From an uncultured Desulfobacter sp. (lineage in GTDB: Bacteria > Desulfobacterota > Desulfobacteria > Desulfobacterales > Desulfobacteraceae), in contig OY762069.1 in NCBI GenBank assembly GCA_963665095.1, positions 1,408,001-1,472,000 of the forward strand: a stretch of DNA of 64,000 nucleotides. The letters run 5' to 3'. Both the position numbers and the translations under genes were made by a program. This document shows positions 1 through 10,698 of the stretch, piece by piece. Numbering within the stretch: the stretch's first letter is position 1; every line of letters begins with the position of its first letter. Under the pieces are notes generated by a model. That model saw only the letters and a list, made by a program, of their open reading frames with translations, had not been told where the DNA came from and did no database searches.

Positions 1-542
1 TTTTTCTGATCCAGGTTGCCTGTGGGCTCATCGGCCAGCAGCAGATCCGGTGTCATGACCAGTGCCCTGGCAATGGCAACCCGCTGCTGTTCACCGCCTG
101 ACAAATCTTCTACCCGGTATTCAATTCGAGACTGAAGCCCTACTCTTTCAAGCATATTTGCCGCGTGTTTTTCAATAGTTTTTTTGGATTGATTACTGAT
201 CAGACCGGGAAGCATGACATTTTCTATGGCAGTAAAACCCTGAAGCAGATAGTGAAATTGAAAGACAAAGCCGATATTATGATTTCTGAACCGTGCAAGC
301 TTATCATCGGTAAAAGCCAGGACATCCTTACCGCTGAATATCAGCCCCCCTTCATTTGGCTTGTCAAGGGTGCCAATGATGTTAAGAAGGGTTGACTTGC
401 CTATGCCGGATGCACCGACAACCGCTATGGTTTCACCTTTCTGGATAGTCAGATCTGCTTTGTCCAGGATATCGATCCGGGCCGTTCTGGAGACAAAGGA
501 ACGCGATATCCGGTCCATCTGAATCAGTGGAATATTATCCAT
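1..542 (-). CDS. lolD: Lipoprotein-releasing ABC transporter ATP-binding protein (3' end outside window)
   Basis: Manual translation from ATG at 542 gives MDNIPLIQMDRISRSF...VVGASGIGKST (Walker A), later LSGGEQQRVAIARAL. Start overlaps the lolE stop. Confidence 0.9.
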   Translation of the reverse strand, partial: MDNIPLIQMDRISRSFVSRTARIDILDKADLTIQKGETIAVVGASGIGKSTLLNIIGTLDKPNEGGLIFSGKDVLAFTDDKLARFRNHNIGFVFQFHYLLQGFTAIENVMLPGLISNQSKKTIEKHAANMLERVGLQSRIEYRVEDLSGGEQQRVAIARALVMTPDLLLADEPTGNLDQK

Positions 543-1758
543 ATCTGATGGCCTCAACCGGATTCATCCGGGATGCTTTGAATGACGGATACAGGGTGGA
601 CAGAAAACAGATCACCAGAGCTGACACAGCCGTCACCACAACATCCGAGCATTCAAGCTGCACAGGAAGGGTTGAAAAGGGATAGGCCTCGGGCAGTTTA
701 ATAAACTCATATTTTTTAAGGATATAACAGATGCTCACGCCCAAACCAGTGCCAATTGCCGTGCCTAAAACGCCGATAATCATTCCCTTGATGATAAAAA
801 TGCGGCGGATCATGGCGTTGGTGGCCCCCATGGCTTTAAGAACGGCAATGTCCCGGGTTTTCTCCATTACCATCATGATCAGGGCCGAAGCAATATTGAA
901 TGCCGCTACAAGAATGATCAGGGTCAGGATTACAAACATGGCGGTTTTTTCAAGTTTGAGCGCGGAAAAAAGGCTTTGATTGATATCCATCCAGTTGCGC
1001 AGATAATAGGGGTACTTTATGAATTCAAGTCCATGTTCACTCAAGTGTCGGACATCAAAGATATGATCGGTCCAAATGCCGAATGCGGAGATTTTGTCTT
1101 TGGCCCCAACCAGAGTCTGCACCTGGTCCAGACGGGCATATGCAAGACTTGAATCATATTCAGACATCCCTGATTTAAAGGTGCCTGTAACCACAAACTG
1201 TTTCATGGAAGGAATCTGTCCCATGGGGGAGATAATCCCGGAGGCCGACATCAGGATCACCCGGTCGCCCGTCGTCACCCTGACGGACCTGGCCAGAGTC
1301 CGGCCCAGAATAATACCGGGCAGCCCCTTTGTCTCTTTTGAGCAAGCCAGATCCGTTTCCAGTTTTTCCGGGGTGTATCCCTTAATCAGGGCTGCCCCTT
1401 TTTCAGGTGAGATGCCTCTGACAATAATACCTGAAAATGAATTGGCGGTCCGGATCATGGCCTGCCCAAACAGAATGGGGGAAACGGCAATAACCCCAGG
1501 GGTCTGGCGGATCTTATTCTCCATATCACTATCCGGGGCAAAATGGCCGGAATAATTCATGGCAAGGATATGGGGTTCAAGCCCAAGAATCCTGTTGCGA
1601 AACTCAGTTTCCGATCCGCTCATCACGGCAATAACCACTACCAGTGCCATGACCCCCAGGATAACACCGGCCACGGACAGAAGCGTGATAAGCGAAATAA
1701 ACCCTTCCTTGCGTTTGGCACGCAGATATCTGCCGGCTATGAAAAGTTCAGCCCCCAA
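535..1758 (-). CDS. lolE: Lipoprotein-releasing ABC transporter permease LolC/E
   Basis: ELFIAGRYLRAKRK..., LIILVAAFNI...EKTRDIAVLKAMGA; lies between lysS and lolD. Confidence 0.92.
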   Translation of the reverse strand: MGAELFIAGRYLRAKRKEGFISLITLLSVAGVILGVMALVVVIAVMSGSETEFRNRILGLEPHILAMNYSGHFAPDSDMENKIRQTPGVIAVSPILFGQAMIRTANSFSGIIVRGISPEKGAALIKGYTPEKLETDLACSKETKGLPGIILGRTLARSVRVTTGDRVILMSASGIISPMGQIPSMKQFVVTGTFKSGMSEYDSSLAYARLDQVQTLVGAKDKISAFGIWTDHIFDVRHLSEHGLEFIKYPYYLRNWMDINQSLFSALKLEKTAMFVILTLIILVAAFNIASALIMMVMEKTRDIAVLKAMGATNAMIRRIFIIKGMIIGVLGTAIGTGLGVSICYILKKYEFIKLPEAYPFSTLPVQLECSDVVVTAVSALVICFLSTLYPSFKASRMNPVEAIRYG

Positions 1759-1770
1759 AATCTCCAGGCC

Positions 1771-3249
1771 TTATGCGTTTTTCATATGGGGAAAAAGGAT
1801 CACCTCACGAATGGAGGCGGCGTCCGTCAGCAGCATGACCAGCCGGTCAATGCCGATGCCCTGGCCGGCTGTGGGCGGCATGCCGTACTCAAGGGCTTCC
1901 ACATATTCCGCATCCATGATATGGGCCTCATCATTACCCTCATCCCGCTGGCGCACCTGCATAAGAAACCGGCTGTACTGATCTTCGGGATCATTGATTT
2001 CGGAAAAGCCGTTGCCAAGCTCCCTTCCGGCAACAAAGAGCTCAAACCGGTCGGTGAGTTCCGGATCAGAGTCACTTTTTCTGGACAAAGGAGATACTTC
2101 CACCGGGTAACCGGTGATAAACGTAGGCTGGATCAGCTTGGGTTCAACAAGGGTATCAAAGAGTTTGGTAATTACCTTTCCGTGACGCTCTTTTTTCTGA
2201 ATCTGAATATCTGCTTTGGCTGCATACTCGAGCAGTGCCTGGGTATCATTGATAATTGCCGGATCAATGCCACCGATCTCAGAAAGGGAGTCAATCATGG
2301 AAATGCGCTTCCAGCCCTTTGCAAAATTGATGGTCTGACCCTGGTATTCAACACTGGTGTCTCCTGCCACCTGGGATACAATAGAAAAAAACATCTCCTC
2401 GGTCAGATCCATGAGATCTTCATAGGTGGCATAGGCCCAGTAGAATTCAACCATGGTAAACTCAGGATTGTGTCGGGTGGAAACCCCTTCGTTTCTAAAG
2501 TTTCGGTTGATCTCGAACACCTTTTCAAATCCGCCAACCACCAGGCGTTTAAGATAGAGTTCCGGGGCAATGCGCAGATATAATTCCATACCCAGGGCAT
2601 TGTGCCAGGTTTTGAAAGGCGTGGCTTCGGCACCGCCAGGCAAGGGCTGCATCATGGGTGTCTCCACTTCCATGAACCCGTGCTCATTGAAAAAATTTCT
2701 CATGGCTGCCACAATGGCGCTTCTTTTCTTGAAAATCTGCCGGGTATTGTCATTCATGATCAGATCAAGGTAGCGCTGACGGTATCTTTTTTCCGGATCC
2801 TTGATTCCGTGAAATTTTTCAGGCAACGGTCGAACTGATTTGGATAAAAGGCGAAAGCTTTGGGCAAGCAGGGTCCATTCACCGGTCCTGGTTTGAAACA
2901 AAGGGCCTTCAACCCCAATGAAGTCACCGATATCCAGCTTTTTAAACAGGGCATAGACCTCATCGCCCACCTGGTTTTTCTGAACATAGGCCTGCATCTG
3001 TTCCCCTCCGTCCTGGAACCTGACAAAAGAGGATTTGCCCATTTTATTGATGGCCATCATCCGGCCTGCCAGACGGAATTTCGGTCCATTTTCTCCAAGT
3101 GCGTCCGCCTTCTCCTCAATAATGGATTTTACCTGGGCAACAGTATGGTCCGGTTTGAAATCATTGGGGTAGAGATGAACTCCCTCGTTTTTCAGTTCAG
3201 TTATTTTTTCCCTGCGCAGATCCAGAAGTTTGCTTGTTTTGGTATCCAT
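1771..3249 (-). CDS. lysS: Lysine--tRNA ligase (class II)
   Basis: YRQRYLDL, FRNEG...HNPEFT, YGMPPTAGQGIGIDRL motifs. Confidence 0.98.
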   Translation of the reverse strand: MDTKTSKLLDLRREKITELKNEGVHLYPNDFKPDHTVAQVKSIIEEKADALGENGPKFRLAGRMMAINKMGKSSFVRFQDGGEQMQAYVQKNQVGDEVYALFKKLDIGDFIGVEGPLFQTRTGEWTLLAQSFRLLSKSVRPLPEKFHGIKDPEKRYRQRYLDLIMNDNTRQIFKKRSAIVAAMRNFFNEHGFMEVETPMMQPLPGGAEATPFKTWHNALGMELYLRIAPELYLKRLVVGGFEKVFEINRNFRNEGVSTRHNPEFTMVEFYWAYATYEDLMDLTEEMFFSIVSQVAGDTSVEYQGQTINFAKGWKRISMIDSLSEIGGIDPAIINDTQALLEYAAKADIQIQKKERHGKVITKLFDTLVEPKLIQPTFITGYPVEVSPLSRKSDSDPELTDRFELFVAGRELGNGFSEINDPEDQYSRFLMQVRQRDEGNDEAHIMDAEYVEALEYGMPPTAGQGIGIDRLVMLLTDAASIREVILFPHMKNA

Positions 3250-3397
3250 AAAAAATAATTGCTTTCATGTATGGGGAGTATGTGCTGGAAATCCAGGAAT
3301 TCAGGCCATAGTGGCTGCTTTACGATCCCGGCACTGTACACCGTGAATAAAAAACATGGTAAAATAGCTTTTTTGCCTGCCCTTGTCAATAATATGG

Positions 3398-4705
3398 TCA
3401 GGCTGTGCTTTCCCCTTTTCCCTCCCGTGATCCCGGATTCTGGAAAATCAGGGTAAAGATGGTGCCTTTTCCCGGAATTGATTCAAAATCAATCATCCCG
3501 TCATAGGCATCAACAATCCTGTGGATAATGGACAATCCAAGTCCGGTGCCGTCACTCTTTGTGGTAAAAAACGGATCAAAAATATGAGGGGCATGCCTGG
3601 TGTCAATGCCGCAGCCTGTATCCTGAATGGTCAGGTAAATGCGTTTCAGTTTTGGGGAATATAACGAAATGATAATCTTTCCTTTTCCGTCAATGGATTC
3701 TGCGGCATTTTTGACCAAATTCCACAGAATTTGATTTAAGTGGACCGGATCCATGTACACATACATATTCTTTTCAAGTCGGGTAACCAGGTTGATTCTG
3801 TCTTTCCAGGCCGGTGTATTTTCGAACAAGGTCTTTACCTCTTCAATCGCCTGGGTCAAATCCAAATATCCGGCATTGGACCTGCCTGGTTTTGAAATAA
3901 GGCGGATGTCGGTAACTATTTTTTTCAGTCGAAGGGTCTCTCGCAATATGATCTGCATCAATCTGTCATGTTCGGTATCCGGACCCATTTCATCCCTGAG
4001 CATCTGGATGGATCCGGACAGCGATGCCAGGGGATTTTTAATCTCATGGGCAATGCCTGATACCAGTTCATCCACGGCTGCCATTTTTTCCACCCGTTTT
4101 AAATGCTCCTGGGCGATTTTTAAATCCTTTCTGGCGGTTTTAAGCTGAAAGGAAAGAATGCCACTTAAGGCAGCCACGGTAAAACAGGCTGAGATGGTAA
4201 TGATAATGCGGTATAAAATCTGAGTATGGTCCACAACGGATGCCAGGGCCTGGCTGTCCGCAAAAGGAGTGATGATATTAAGATATTCCAGCTCAATGAG
4301 GGCACCATATTCAATGCTGGATGCCACAGCCACGACAAAACTTCCCCGGGCCAGCAAAAGCATGGCGGCATAAATAATAATCAGAAGATATAAAAATGTG
4401 AAAATGCTGTGAAAAGATCCCGTGACAAAAACAATGGCGGTAACAATAAATGTATCAAGAATGATTTGAAAATAGGCCAGAGCGTGCAGATGATTTTTCC
4501 CAACGAGCCAGACATAATAAACAGCCGTCAGAACCAAAATGCTGCCGGCAATTCTGTACAGGGATAGAAAAGGCAGTCCCTGAGCCCTGATTGCCTCGGA
4601 ATCTGAAAAAAAAAGGGTGGAAAAAATCAGGATCAGGGCAAACACGCCCCTTGCCAGAACAACCCATTTAATCTGGATAAAAAGTTCCCGGGTGCGCCGG
4701 GACAT
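3398..4705 (-). CDS. pilS: PilS-like membrane sensor histidine kinase
   Basis: Multi-TM N-terminus, H-box AHEIKNPL, DTGCG and FFTTKSDGTGLGL; directly after pilC. Start placed at MSRRTRELF (ATG 4705). Confidence 0.75.
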   Translation of the reverse strand: MSRRTRELFIQIKWVVLARGVFALILIFSTLFFSDSEAIRAQGLPFLSLYRIAGSILVLTAVYYVWLVGKNHLHALAYFQIILDTFIVTAIVFVTGSFHSIFTFLYLLIIIYAAMLLLARGSFVVAVASSIEYGALIELEYLNIITPFADSQALASVVDHTQILYRIIITISACFTVAALSGILSFQLKTARKDLKIAQEHLKRVEKMAAVDELVSGIAHEIKNPLASLSGSIQMLRDEMGPDTEHDRLMQIILRETLRLKKIVTDIRLISKPGRSNAGYLDLTQAIEEVKTLFENTPAWKDRINLVTRLEKNMYVYMDPVHLNQILWNLVKNAAESIDGKGKIIISLYSPKLKRIYLTIQDTGCGIDTRHAPHIFDPFFTTKSDGTGLGLSIIHRIVDAYDGMIDFESIPGKGTIFTLIFQNPGSREGKGESTA

Positions 4706-4715
4706 AAGTTGAGGG

Positions 4716-5927
4716 CTATCCAATGGCCCCTGCCATGGAGAAGATCGGCAGGTACATGGCAATGACAAGACCACCCACCACAACACCTAAAAATACAAGC
4801 ATGAACGGTTCAATCATGTCTGTCAGATTTTTTACAGCCTGGTCCACCTCGTCATCGTAAAAATCGGCTATTTTTTCCATCATGACGTCCAGGGCACCGG
4901 TGGATTCCCCCACAGCGATCATGGAGCAGACCATGTTGGGAAATACCCCGCTCTCAAGCAGCGGATCAGCCATGGACCGCCCCTCGGCAATGCCGGATTT
5001 GACGTCGGAAATGGCAAATTCAATAATTTTATTGCCCGCAGTCTTGCCCACAATGTCCAATGCCTCAAGAATAGAGACCCCCGAAGAGATCATGGTAGAG
5101 GTCGTCCGGGTGAATTTGGCCACAGCCACTTTCCGGATCAGAATACCAATCACCGGCAGGCGCAGGAACATATCATCTATGAAAATCCTGCCATTCTTTG
5201 TCTTGTATGTACGCCGGAAGATAAACACTGCGGCTATAATGGCACCAATAATATAAACAATATATGACAACACAAAATTGCTCATGGTCACAACCATCTG
5301 GGTAGGCGCGGGAAGTGCGGAACCCATACTGGCAAACATTCTTTCAAACACAGGAATAACAAAAACCAGGATAACACCCACCACAATAACGGCCACAGCC
5401 AGCGTAATGGCCGGATAGGTCATCGCACCTTTTACCTGCTTTTTCAGCTTGGCCATTTTTTCAGCATAGGCGGAAAGGCGCTGGAGAATGACATCAAGAA
5501 TACCACCGGCCTCACCTGCGGAGATCATATTAACAAACAGCTCGGAAAAGGTTTGAGGATACTTTTTTAAAGCATCAGCAAAGGTCTCGCCGGTTTCCAC
5601 GGACTCCTTGATATGCTTGAGCTGTTTTTTAAAGGTAGGATTTTCCTGTTGGGAATAAAGAATGTCCAGACATTGCAGCAGGGGAAGGCCCGCGTCAATC
5701 ATAGTAGAGAACTGCCTGGCGAAAATAATGACATCACTCTCTTTGATTTTGGGTTGGAGGAAAGAGACATTTTCAAACAGATCTTTGGGCTTTTTCCGGA
5801 TTCTTGTGGGCGTAATCTTGCGGCGCTCCAGGCTTGTTCTTACCTGTTCCGGAGTCTCTGCCTCCATTTCTCCTTTAATTTTACGGCCTTTGGGGTTCTT
5901 TCCCTTCCACTCAAAAATGACTGCCAT
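4716..5927 (-). CDS. pilC: Type IV pilus inner-membrane platform protein PilC (T2SS F family)
   Basis: FARQFSTMIDAGLPL, AGEAGGILD, VGESTGALD, AMYLPIF. Confidence 0.93.
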   Translation of the reverse strand: MAVIFEWKGKNPKGRKIKGEMEAETPEQVRTSLERRKITPTRIRKKPKDLFENVSFLQPKIKESDVIIFARQFSTMIDAGLPLLQCLDILYSQQENPTFKKQLKHIKESVETGETFADALKKYPQTFSELFVNMISAGEAGGILDVILQRLSAYAEKMAKLKKQVKGAMTYPAITLAVAVIVVGVILVFVIPVFERMFASMGSALPAPTQMVVTMSNFVLSYIVYIIGAIIAAVFIFRRTYKTKNGRIFIDDMFLRLPVIGILIRKVAVAKFTRTTSTMISSGVSILEALDIVGKTAGNKIIEFAISDVKSGIAEGRSMADPLLESGVFPNMVCSMIAVGESTGALDVMMEKIADFYDDEVDQAVKNLTDMIEPFMLVFLGVVVGGLVIAMYLPIFSMAGAIG

Positions 5928-6190
5928 AATAAATCCTTCTGTTTGTATTTAAGGGGGCCAGCAATATCCGGACAGGCATCTTAAAGGAATGGCCCTGTCC
6001 TGCCGGGTGTTTTCCTGATTGGAACAGGTTGTTGACATTTATTAACAAGTAGGTACACAGGCAAAGTTTAATCCAGTAATAATCAGAATTTTACGATGTG
6101 AAACCGTCCTCAGGCATTTCCGGATCGTTGTAAAATAAAAGTTAATATACTATATAAATTTCAAAAGGTCTTTTCAACAGGAGTTATTAG

Positions 6191-8863
6191 GTGCCCCCAA
6201 AAAAACAAGCAATTTGTGCAAAAACCGTTATTACCAGCCATGTAAATTCTGATTTTGATGCCATCGGCGCCATGCTTGCCGCTCAAAAGCTCTATCCGGA
6301 TGCGGTAATTCTGTTTCCCGGTTCCCAGGAAAAAAATTTGAGGGATTTTTTTATTCACTCAATGGGGTATCTGTTTAATATGGCAGATCCGGCCGCGATT
6401 GATTTTTCACAGACAACGCGTCTGGTCATTGTCGATACAAGGCAGAAGAGCCGTCTGTCAGGGGTGGAACCTCTTTTTAAAAAACAGGATCTTATCATAG
6501 ATATCTATGACCATCATCCGCCCATGCCTGACGAAATAAAGAGCACCAGCGAAGTGTCAAAGCTTTACGGGGCAACCACCACCATCATGTGTGAGCTGTT
6601 GCGGGAAAAAGGCATTACTATCAGCAGTGACGAAGCAACGGTCATGGCCCTTGGCATATACGAGGATACCGGCAGTTTTACCTATGCCTCCACAACCCCG
6701 GCCGACCTGGAACAGGCAGGGTATCTTGTCTCCTGTGGGGCCTGCATCTCCACCATTGCAAGCCTGGTGGTCAAGGAGATGAAAACCGAACAGGTGACCT
6801 GGCTTAATGAACTGATCAATGAAATGACGCCGATTGTCATTAACGGCATTAAAATTCATCTGTCTGTCATTGCTGCCTCGGATTACATCCCGGATCTTGC
6901 CTCAGTTGTACAAAAAATTGTCAGAATGGAGAACCTGGACTGTTTTTTTGCCCTGGTGCTGATGGGTGCCAAGGTGCATGTAATTGCCAGAAACCGGCTC
7001 CATGAACTGGACGTGGGCAAAATCATGGGGATCCTTGGAGGCGGCGGCCACTATTATGCAGCTTCCGCAAAGATCGAAAACCAGACGTTGTCCCAGGTGG
7101 AAATGCGCCTGGTAAACCTGATCGAACAGCAGCTCAAGCAGGTAAGCGTGGCCAAAAAGCTTATGTCAACGCCTGCCATCACCATTGATTCGGATCAAAC
7201 CTGTCTATCGGCGTCGCAAAAAATGATCCGATATAACCTGAACACCTTGATTGTTGTGGAGCCCCAAACCCACGAGTACTTGGGATTCATCACCCGCCAG
7301 GTGGCGGAAAAACTGCTTCACCATAAGCTTTCCGAACAGCCGGTTGGCGAATATCTTGAACCCGGGCGGGAATGGGTAACCTATTCCAGTGATCTTTCTG
7401 AAATCGAACAAAAAATTATTGATCAAAAACAACGGGTGATTCCGGTGATGGAAAACAACACAATTGTGGGTGCCATCACCCGGACCGACCTGTTAAATTT
7501 CCTGGTGGAGCGCAACCGGGAATTTGTCATGAGTGAAAAACAGGAGATATCAGGGTTAAGAGCCCGTACCAGATACGTTGGAAACCTTCTGGACAACCGC
7601 TTGAACCAGCGTGTCTATACCTTGCTGGAGCAGATGGGTGCGGCTGCAGACGACCTGGGTGTGGAGGTCTATGTGGTGGGCGGCTTTGTCCGGGATCTCA
7701 TGCTGGAACGGCCCAATGAAGATGTGGATGTGGTGGTGGAAGGTGACGGCATAGAATTTGCCGCCTATTTTGCCAACATTCATAACTGCCGGATGAGCCC
7801 CCATCGAAAATTCAATACAGCGGTGCTGATTTTTGAGGACGGTTTTAAGGTGGATGTGGCATCTGCACGGCTTGAATACTATGCCACCCCGGCGGCCCTT
7901 CCTGTGGTTGAAAATTCCTCCATCAAACTGGATCTGGCCCGTCGGGATTTCACCATCAATACCCTGGCCGTTTCATTAAACAAAGAGTCCTTTGGAACCT
8001 TGATCGACTATTTTGGCGGCATCCGGGATATTAAAGATAAAATAGTTCGTATTATTCATAACTTAAGCTTTATTGAAGATCCCACCCGGATTTTCAGGGC
8101 TATTAAGTTTTCAAACCGGTTTGGATTCAGCATTGGCAAGGTGACCTCGAATCTTATCAGAAATGCCCTGAACATCGGAACGGTCAAACATTTGAGTGGA
8201 CTTCGGGTATTGTCCGAACTCAAGCAAATTTTTGGTGAAGAAAATCCTTTGCCGGCGCTGCAGTCCATGTCCGACTTTGGCCTGGACAGGGTGATTCATC
8301 CGGATCTGCAACTGACACCGGCCACCTGTACCCTGTTTGAGGCCGTGAATAAGACCCTGGTATGGCATGATCTTTTATACCAGGATGATCCTTATCCTAA
8401 ATGGGCGGTCTATTTTATGGCCTGGCTGCATGGCTGTTCCTTTGAGGTAAGTACACAAATCGCTGGCCGATTGATGTTCCCAATCAAAGAGAAAGAGATT
8501 CTGCTGGATCAGCGGATCAAGGCTGAAAAAATGATTTACCATATTGAAAGGCGGTTTCCTGTTCCAAGACACCGAATGTACTGGGCACTGATCTACTTTA
8601 AAACCGAGTGTATTTTGTATATGCTGGCCCTGACAAAAAATGAGCAGGTCCGCAAAGCCATTTCCAATTTTTACACCCACCACAGACATGTCAAGCCATT
8701 GATCGGCGGAAAACATCTGCGCACCATGGGTATTAAACCAGGACCTGTTTACACTCAGATCTTAAACCGTATCATCGACCAGAAGCTGGATGATAAATTA
8801 ACCACCGTGGATGAAGAACTTGAATTTGCAAAACTTTGGGCGGTCGAACATAAGCTTTTATGA
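6191..8863 (+). CDS. DHH/DHHA1-CBS-nucleotidyltransferase fusion (tRNA nucleotidyltransferase, probably A-adding type)
   Basis: DFDA/DHH/GGGH motifs, CBS pair, VVGGFVRD..DVDVV, DLARRDFTIN, EDPTRIFRA. Confidence 0.88.
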   Translation: MPPKKQAICAKTVITSHVNSDFDAIGAMLAAQKLYPDAVILFPGSQEKNLRDFFIHSMGYLFNMADPAAIDFSQTTRLVIVDTRQKSRLSGVEPLFKKQDLIIDIYDHHPPMPDEIKSTSEVSKLYGATTTIMCELLREKGITISSDEATVMALGIYEDTGSFTYASTTPADLEQAGYLVSCGACISTIASLVVKEMKTEQVTWLNELINEMTPIVINGIKIHLSVIAASDYIPDLASVVQKIVRMENLDCFFALVLMGAKVHVIARNRLHELDVGKIMGILGGGGHYYAASAKIENQTLSQVEMRLVNLIEQQLKQVSVAKKLMSTPAITIDSDQTCLSASQKMIRYNLNTLIVVEPQTHEYLGFITRQVAEKLLHHKLSEQPVGEYLEPGREWVTYSSDLSEIEQKIIDQKQRVIPVMENNTIVGAITRTDLLNFLVERNREFVMSEKQEISGLRARTRYVGNLLDNRLNQRVYTLLEQMGAAADDLGVEVYVVGGFVRDLMLERPNEDVDVVVEGDGIEFAAYFANIHNCRMSPHRKFNTAVLIFEDGFKVDVASARLEYYATPAALPVVENSSIKLDLARRDFTINTLAVSLNKESFGTLIDYFGGIRDIKDKIVRIIHNLSFIEDPTRIFRAIKFSNRFGFSIGKVTSNLIRNALNIGTVKHLSGLRVLSELKQIFGEENPLPALQSMSDFGLDRVIHPDLQLTPATCTLFEAVNKTLVWHDLLYQDDPYPKWAVYFMAWLHGCSFEVSTQIAGRLMFPIKEKEILLDQRIKAEKMIYHIERRFPVPRHRMYWALIYFKTECILYMLALTKNEQVRKAISNFYTHHRHVKPLIGGKHLRTMGIKPGPVYTQILNRIIDQKLDDKLTTVDEELEFAKLWAVEHKLL

Positions 8864-8955
8864 GCTTGATTCAGGTGTAAGCTTGAAAAAAGAAAAGGAT
8901 TCTGGTACTTCCCTTTGTCGAAATAACCCCTATCAATAATGGTTTAGGAACATAC

Positions 8956-9966
8956 ATGAAAAACGCAGATTTTTTAACCGGTATCACCACCTCAGGTACC
9001 CCCCATCTCGGCAACTATGTGGGGGCCATCCGTCCGGCTGTGGACTCCAGCAAAAACAAGGACCTGACCTCCTATTATTTTCTGGCGGATTACCACTCCC
9101 TGATTAAAAATCATGACCCTAAAAAGCGGCGGCAGTCCTCCCTTGAAATTGCCGCGGCCTGGATTGCACTAGGCCTGGATTACGACAACTGTGTATTTTA
9201 CAGACAGTCAGATATTCCTGAGATCCCGGAACTTACCTGGATTTTAACCTGCCTGACGGCCAAAGGACTGATGAACCGGGCTCATGCATATAAGGCAGCT
9301 GTCCAGGAGAACGAGGAACAGGAACGCAAAGACCCGGATCAGGGTGTCACCATGGGGCTTTTCTGCTATCCGGTCCTTATGGCTGCGGACATTTTGATGT
9401 TTAACGCGGCAAAAGTACCTGTTGGCAAGGACCAGATCCAGCACCTTGAGATGACCAGGGATATTGCGGCAAGATTCAATCACGTGTACGAGCCATTGTT
9501 TGTGCTGCCGGAGGTTGTGGTGGATGAGACAACCGCTGTTTTGTCCGGACTGGATGGCCGGAAAATGAGCAAGAGCTACAACAATTTTATCCCGCTGTTT
9601 GATACGGAAAAACGCCTGCGTAAAATGATCATGAAGATTCAGACCAACTCGCTTGGCCCTGATGAGCCAAAAGATCCGGAGACCTGTACGCTTTTTTCCA
9701 TTTACCGGGCATTTGCCAATGAAGAAGAGACCCGTGCCATGGCCCAGAGGTACCGGGAAGGCATTGCCTGGGGTGTCATGAAACAGGAGTTGTTTGAATA
9801 CATCAACGAAATCCTGAAAGAACCCAGAGTGCGGTACGATGAATTAATCGCCCATCCGGAAGAGATTGAAACGATTCTTGAAAAAGGGGCGGTGCGGGCC
9901 AGAGAATACTCTGTTCCCTTCCTTGATAAGATCAGGAAATGTGTGGGAATCCAGTCACTGCTTTAG
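8956..9966 (+). CDS. trpS: Tryptophan--tRNA ligase
   Basis: HLGNYVG, YPVLMAADIL, VPVGKDQ, KMSKS. Confidence 0.97.
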   Translation: MKNADFLTGITTSGTPHLGNYVGAIRPAVDSSKNKDLTSYYFLADYHSLIKNHDPKKRRQSSLEIAAAWIALGLDYDNCVFYRQSDIPEIPELTWILTCLTAKGLMNRAHAYKAAVQENEEQERKDPDQGVTMGLFCYPVLMAADILMFNAAKVPVGKDQIQHLEMTRDIAARFNHVYEPLFVLPEVVVDETTAVLSGLDGRKMSKSYNNFIPLFDTEKRLRKMIMKIQTNSLGPDEPKDPETCTLFSIYRAFANEEETRAMAQRYREGIAWGVMKQELFEYINEILKEPRVRYDELIAHPEEIETILEKGAVRAREYSVPFLDKIRKCVGIQSLL

Positions 9967-10698
9967 TGTTTTGATCTCTTTGGCCGTCAGATAACGCCAT
10001 TTTCCGCTGGCCAGATTACCCAGGGTAATGCTGGCCATGCGGATGCGTTTGAGCATCTCCACCTGATTTCCGCATTTGCCCACCATTTTGCGGATCTGAC
10101 GGTTTAACCCCTGTTTTAACGTTATTTTAAATCCGTTCTGGGCAACCCGTTTTACCCTTGCCGTGCGCGTTTTCTGCCCGTCTATAACCATGCCGGCAGC
10201 CATGGCGGAAAGATCCTGGTCGCTGACGGGGTGTGCCGTATACACCAGATACTCTTTCTCGTGGTCGTGGGAGGGGTGGGAAAGCCGGTTGTGAAGATCG
10301 CCGTCATCGGTGAGCAGTACCAGTCCCACAGAATCTTTATCCAGGCGACCCACCGGATACACTCTTTCTTTTACCGGTACAATATCCAGAATGATCTTTG
10401 CTTTTTTCTGGGAACAGGTGGTGATGACCCCTTTGGGCTTATTTACAGCAATGTAGGTAAACTTTCGGTTCTCTTCAGGAGTATGCCTGACCGGCTTCCC
10501 GTCCAGGCAGATCTTATCTTTTTGGGGATCCGCACAGGTTCCAAGGGTTTTAACCACAGAACCGTTTACACTGACCCGGCCTGCAAGAATATAGATTTCA
10601 GCCTTTCTGCGAGAGCATAGGCCTGAATGGGCCAGAATTTTCTGCAGACGGACAGCGCTATTGGGATCAGGTTCTGTAGTCGGCATTGATTTTGACAT
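9955..10698 (-). CDS. rRNA pseudouridine synthase (RsuA/RluB family, S4 domain)
   Basis: RLQKILAHSGLCSRRKAE, PVGRLDKDS, QGLNRQIRKM; start codon uncertain. Confidence 0.9.
   Translation of the reverse strand: MSKSMPTTEPDPNSAVRLQKILAHSGLCSRRKAEIYILAGRVSVNGSVVKTLGTCADPQKDKICLDGKPVRHTPEENRKFTYIAVNKPKGVITTCSQKKAKIILDIVPVKERVYPVGRLDKDSVGLVLLTDDGDLHNRLSHPSHDHEKEYLVYTAHPVSDQDLSAMAAGMVIDGQKTRTARVKRVAQNGFKITLKQGLNRQIRKMVGKCGNQVEMLKRIRMASITLGNLASGKWRYLTAKEIKTLKQ

Noticed and set aside
5950..6020. Hairpin in the pilC leader as a c-di-GMP riboswitch
   Set aside because: Lacks the GEMM GNRA tetraloop/receptor and GCAAA motifs.
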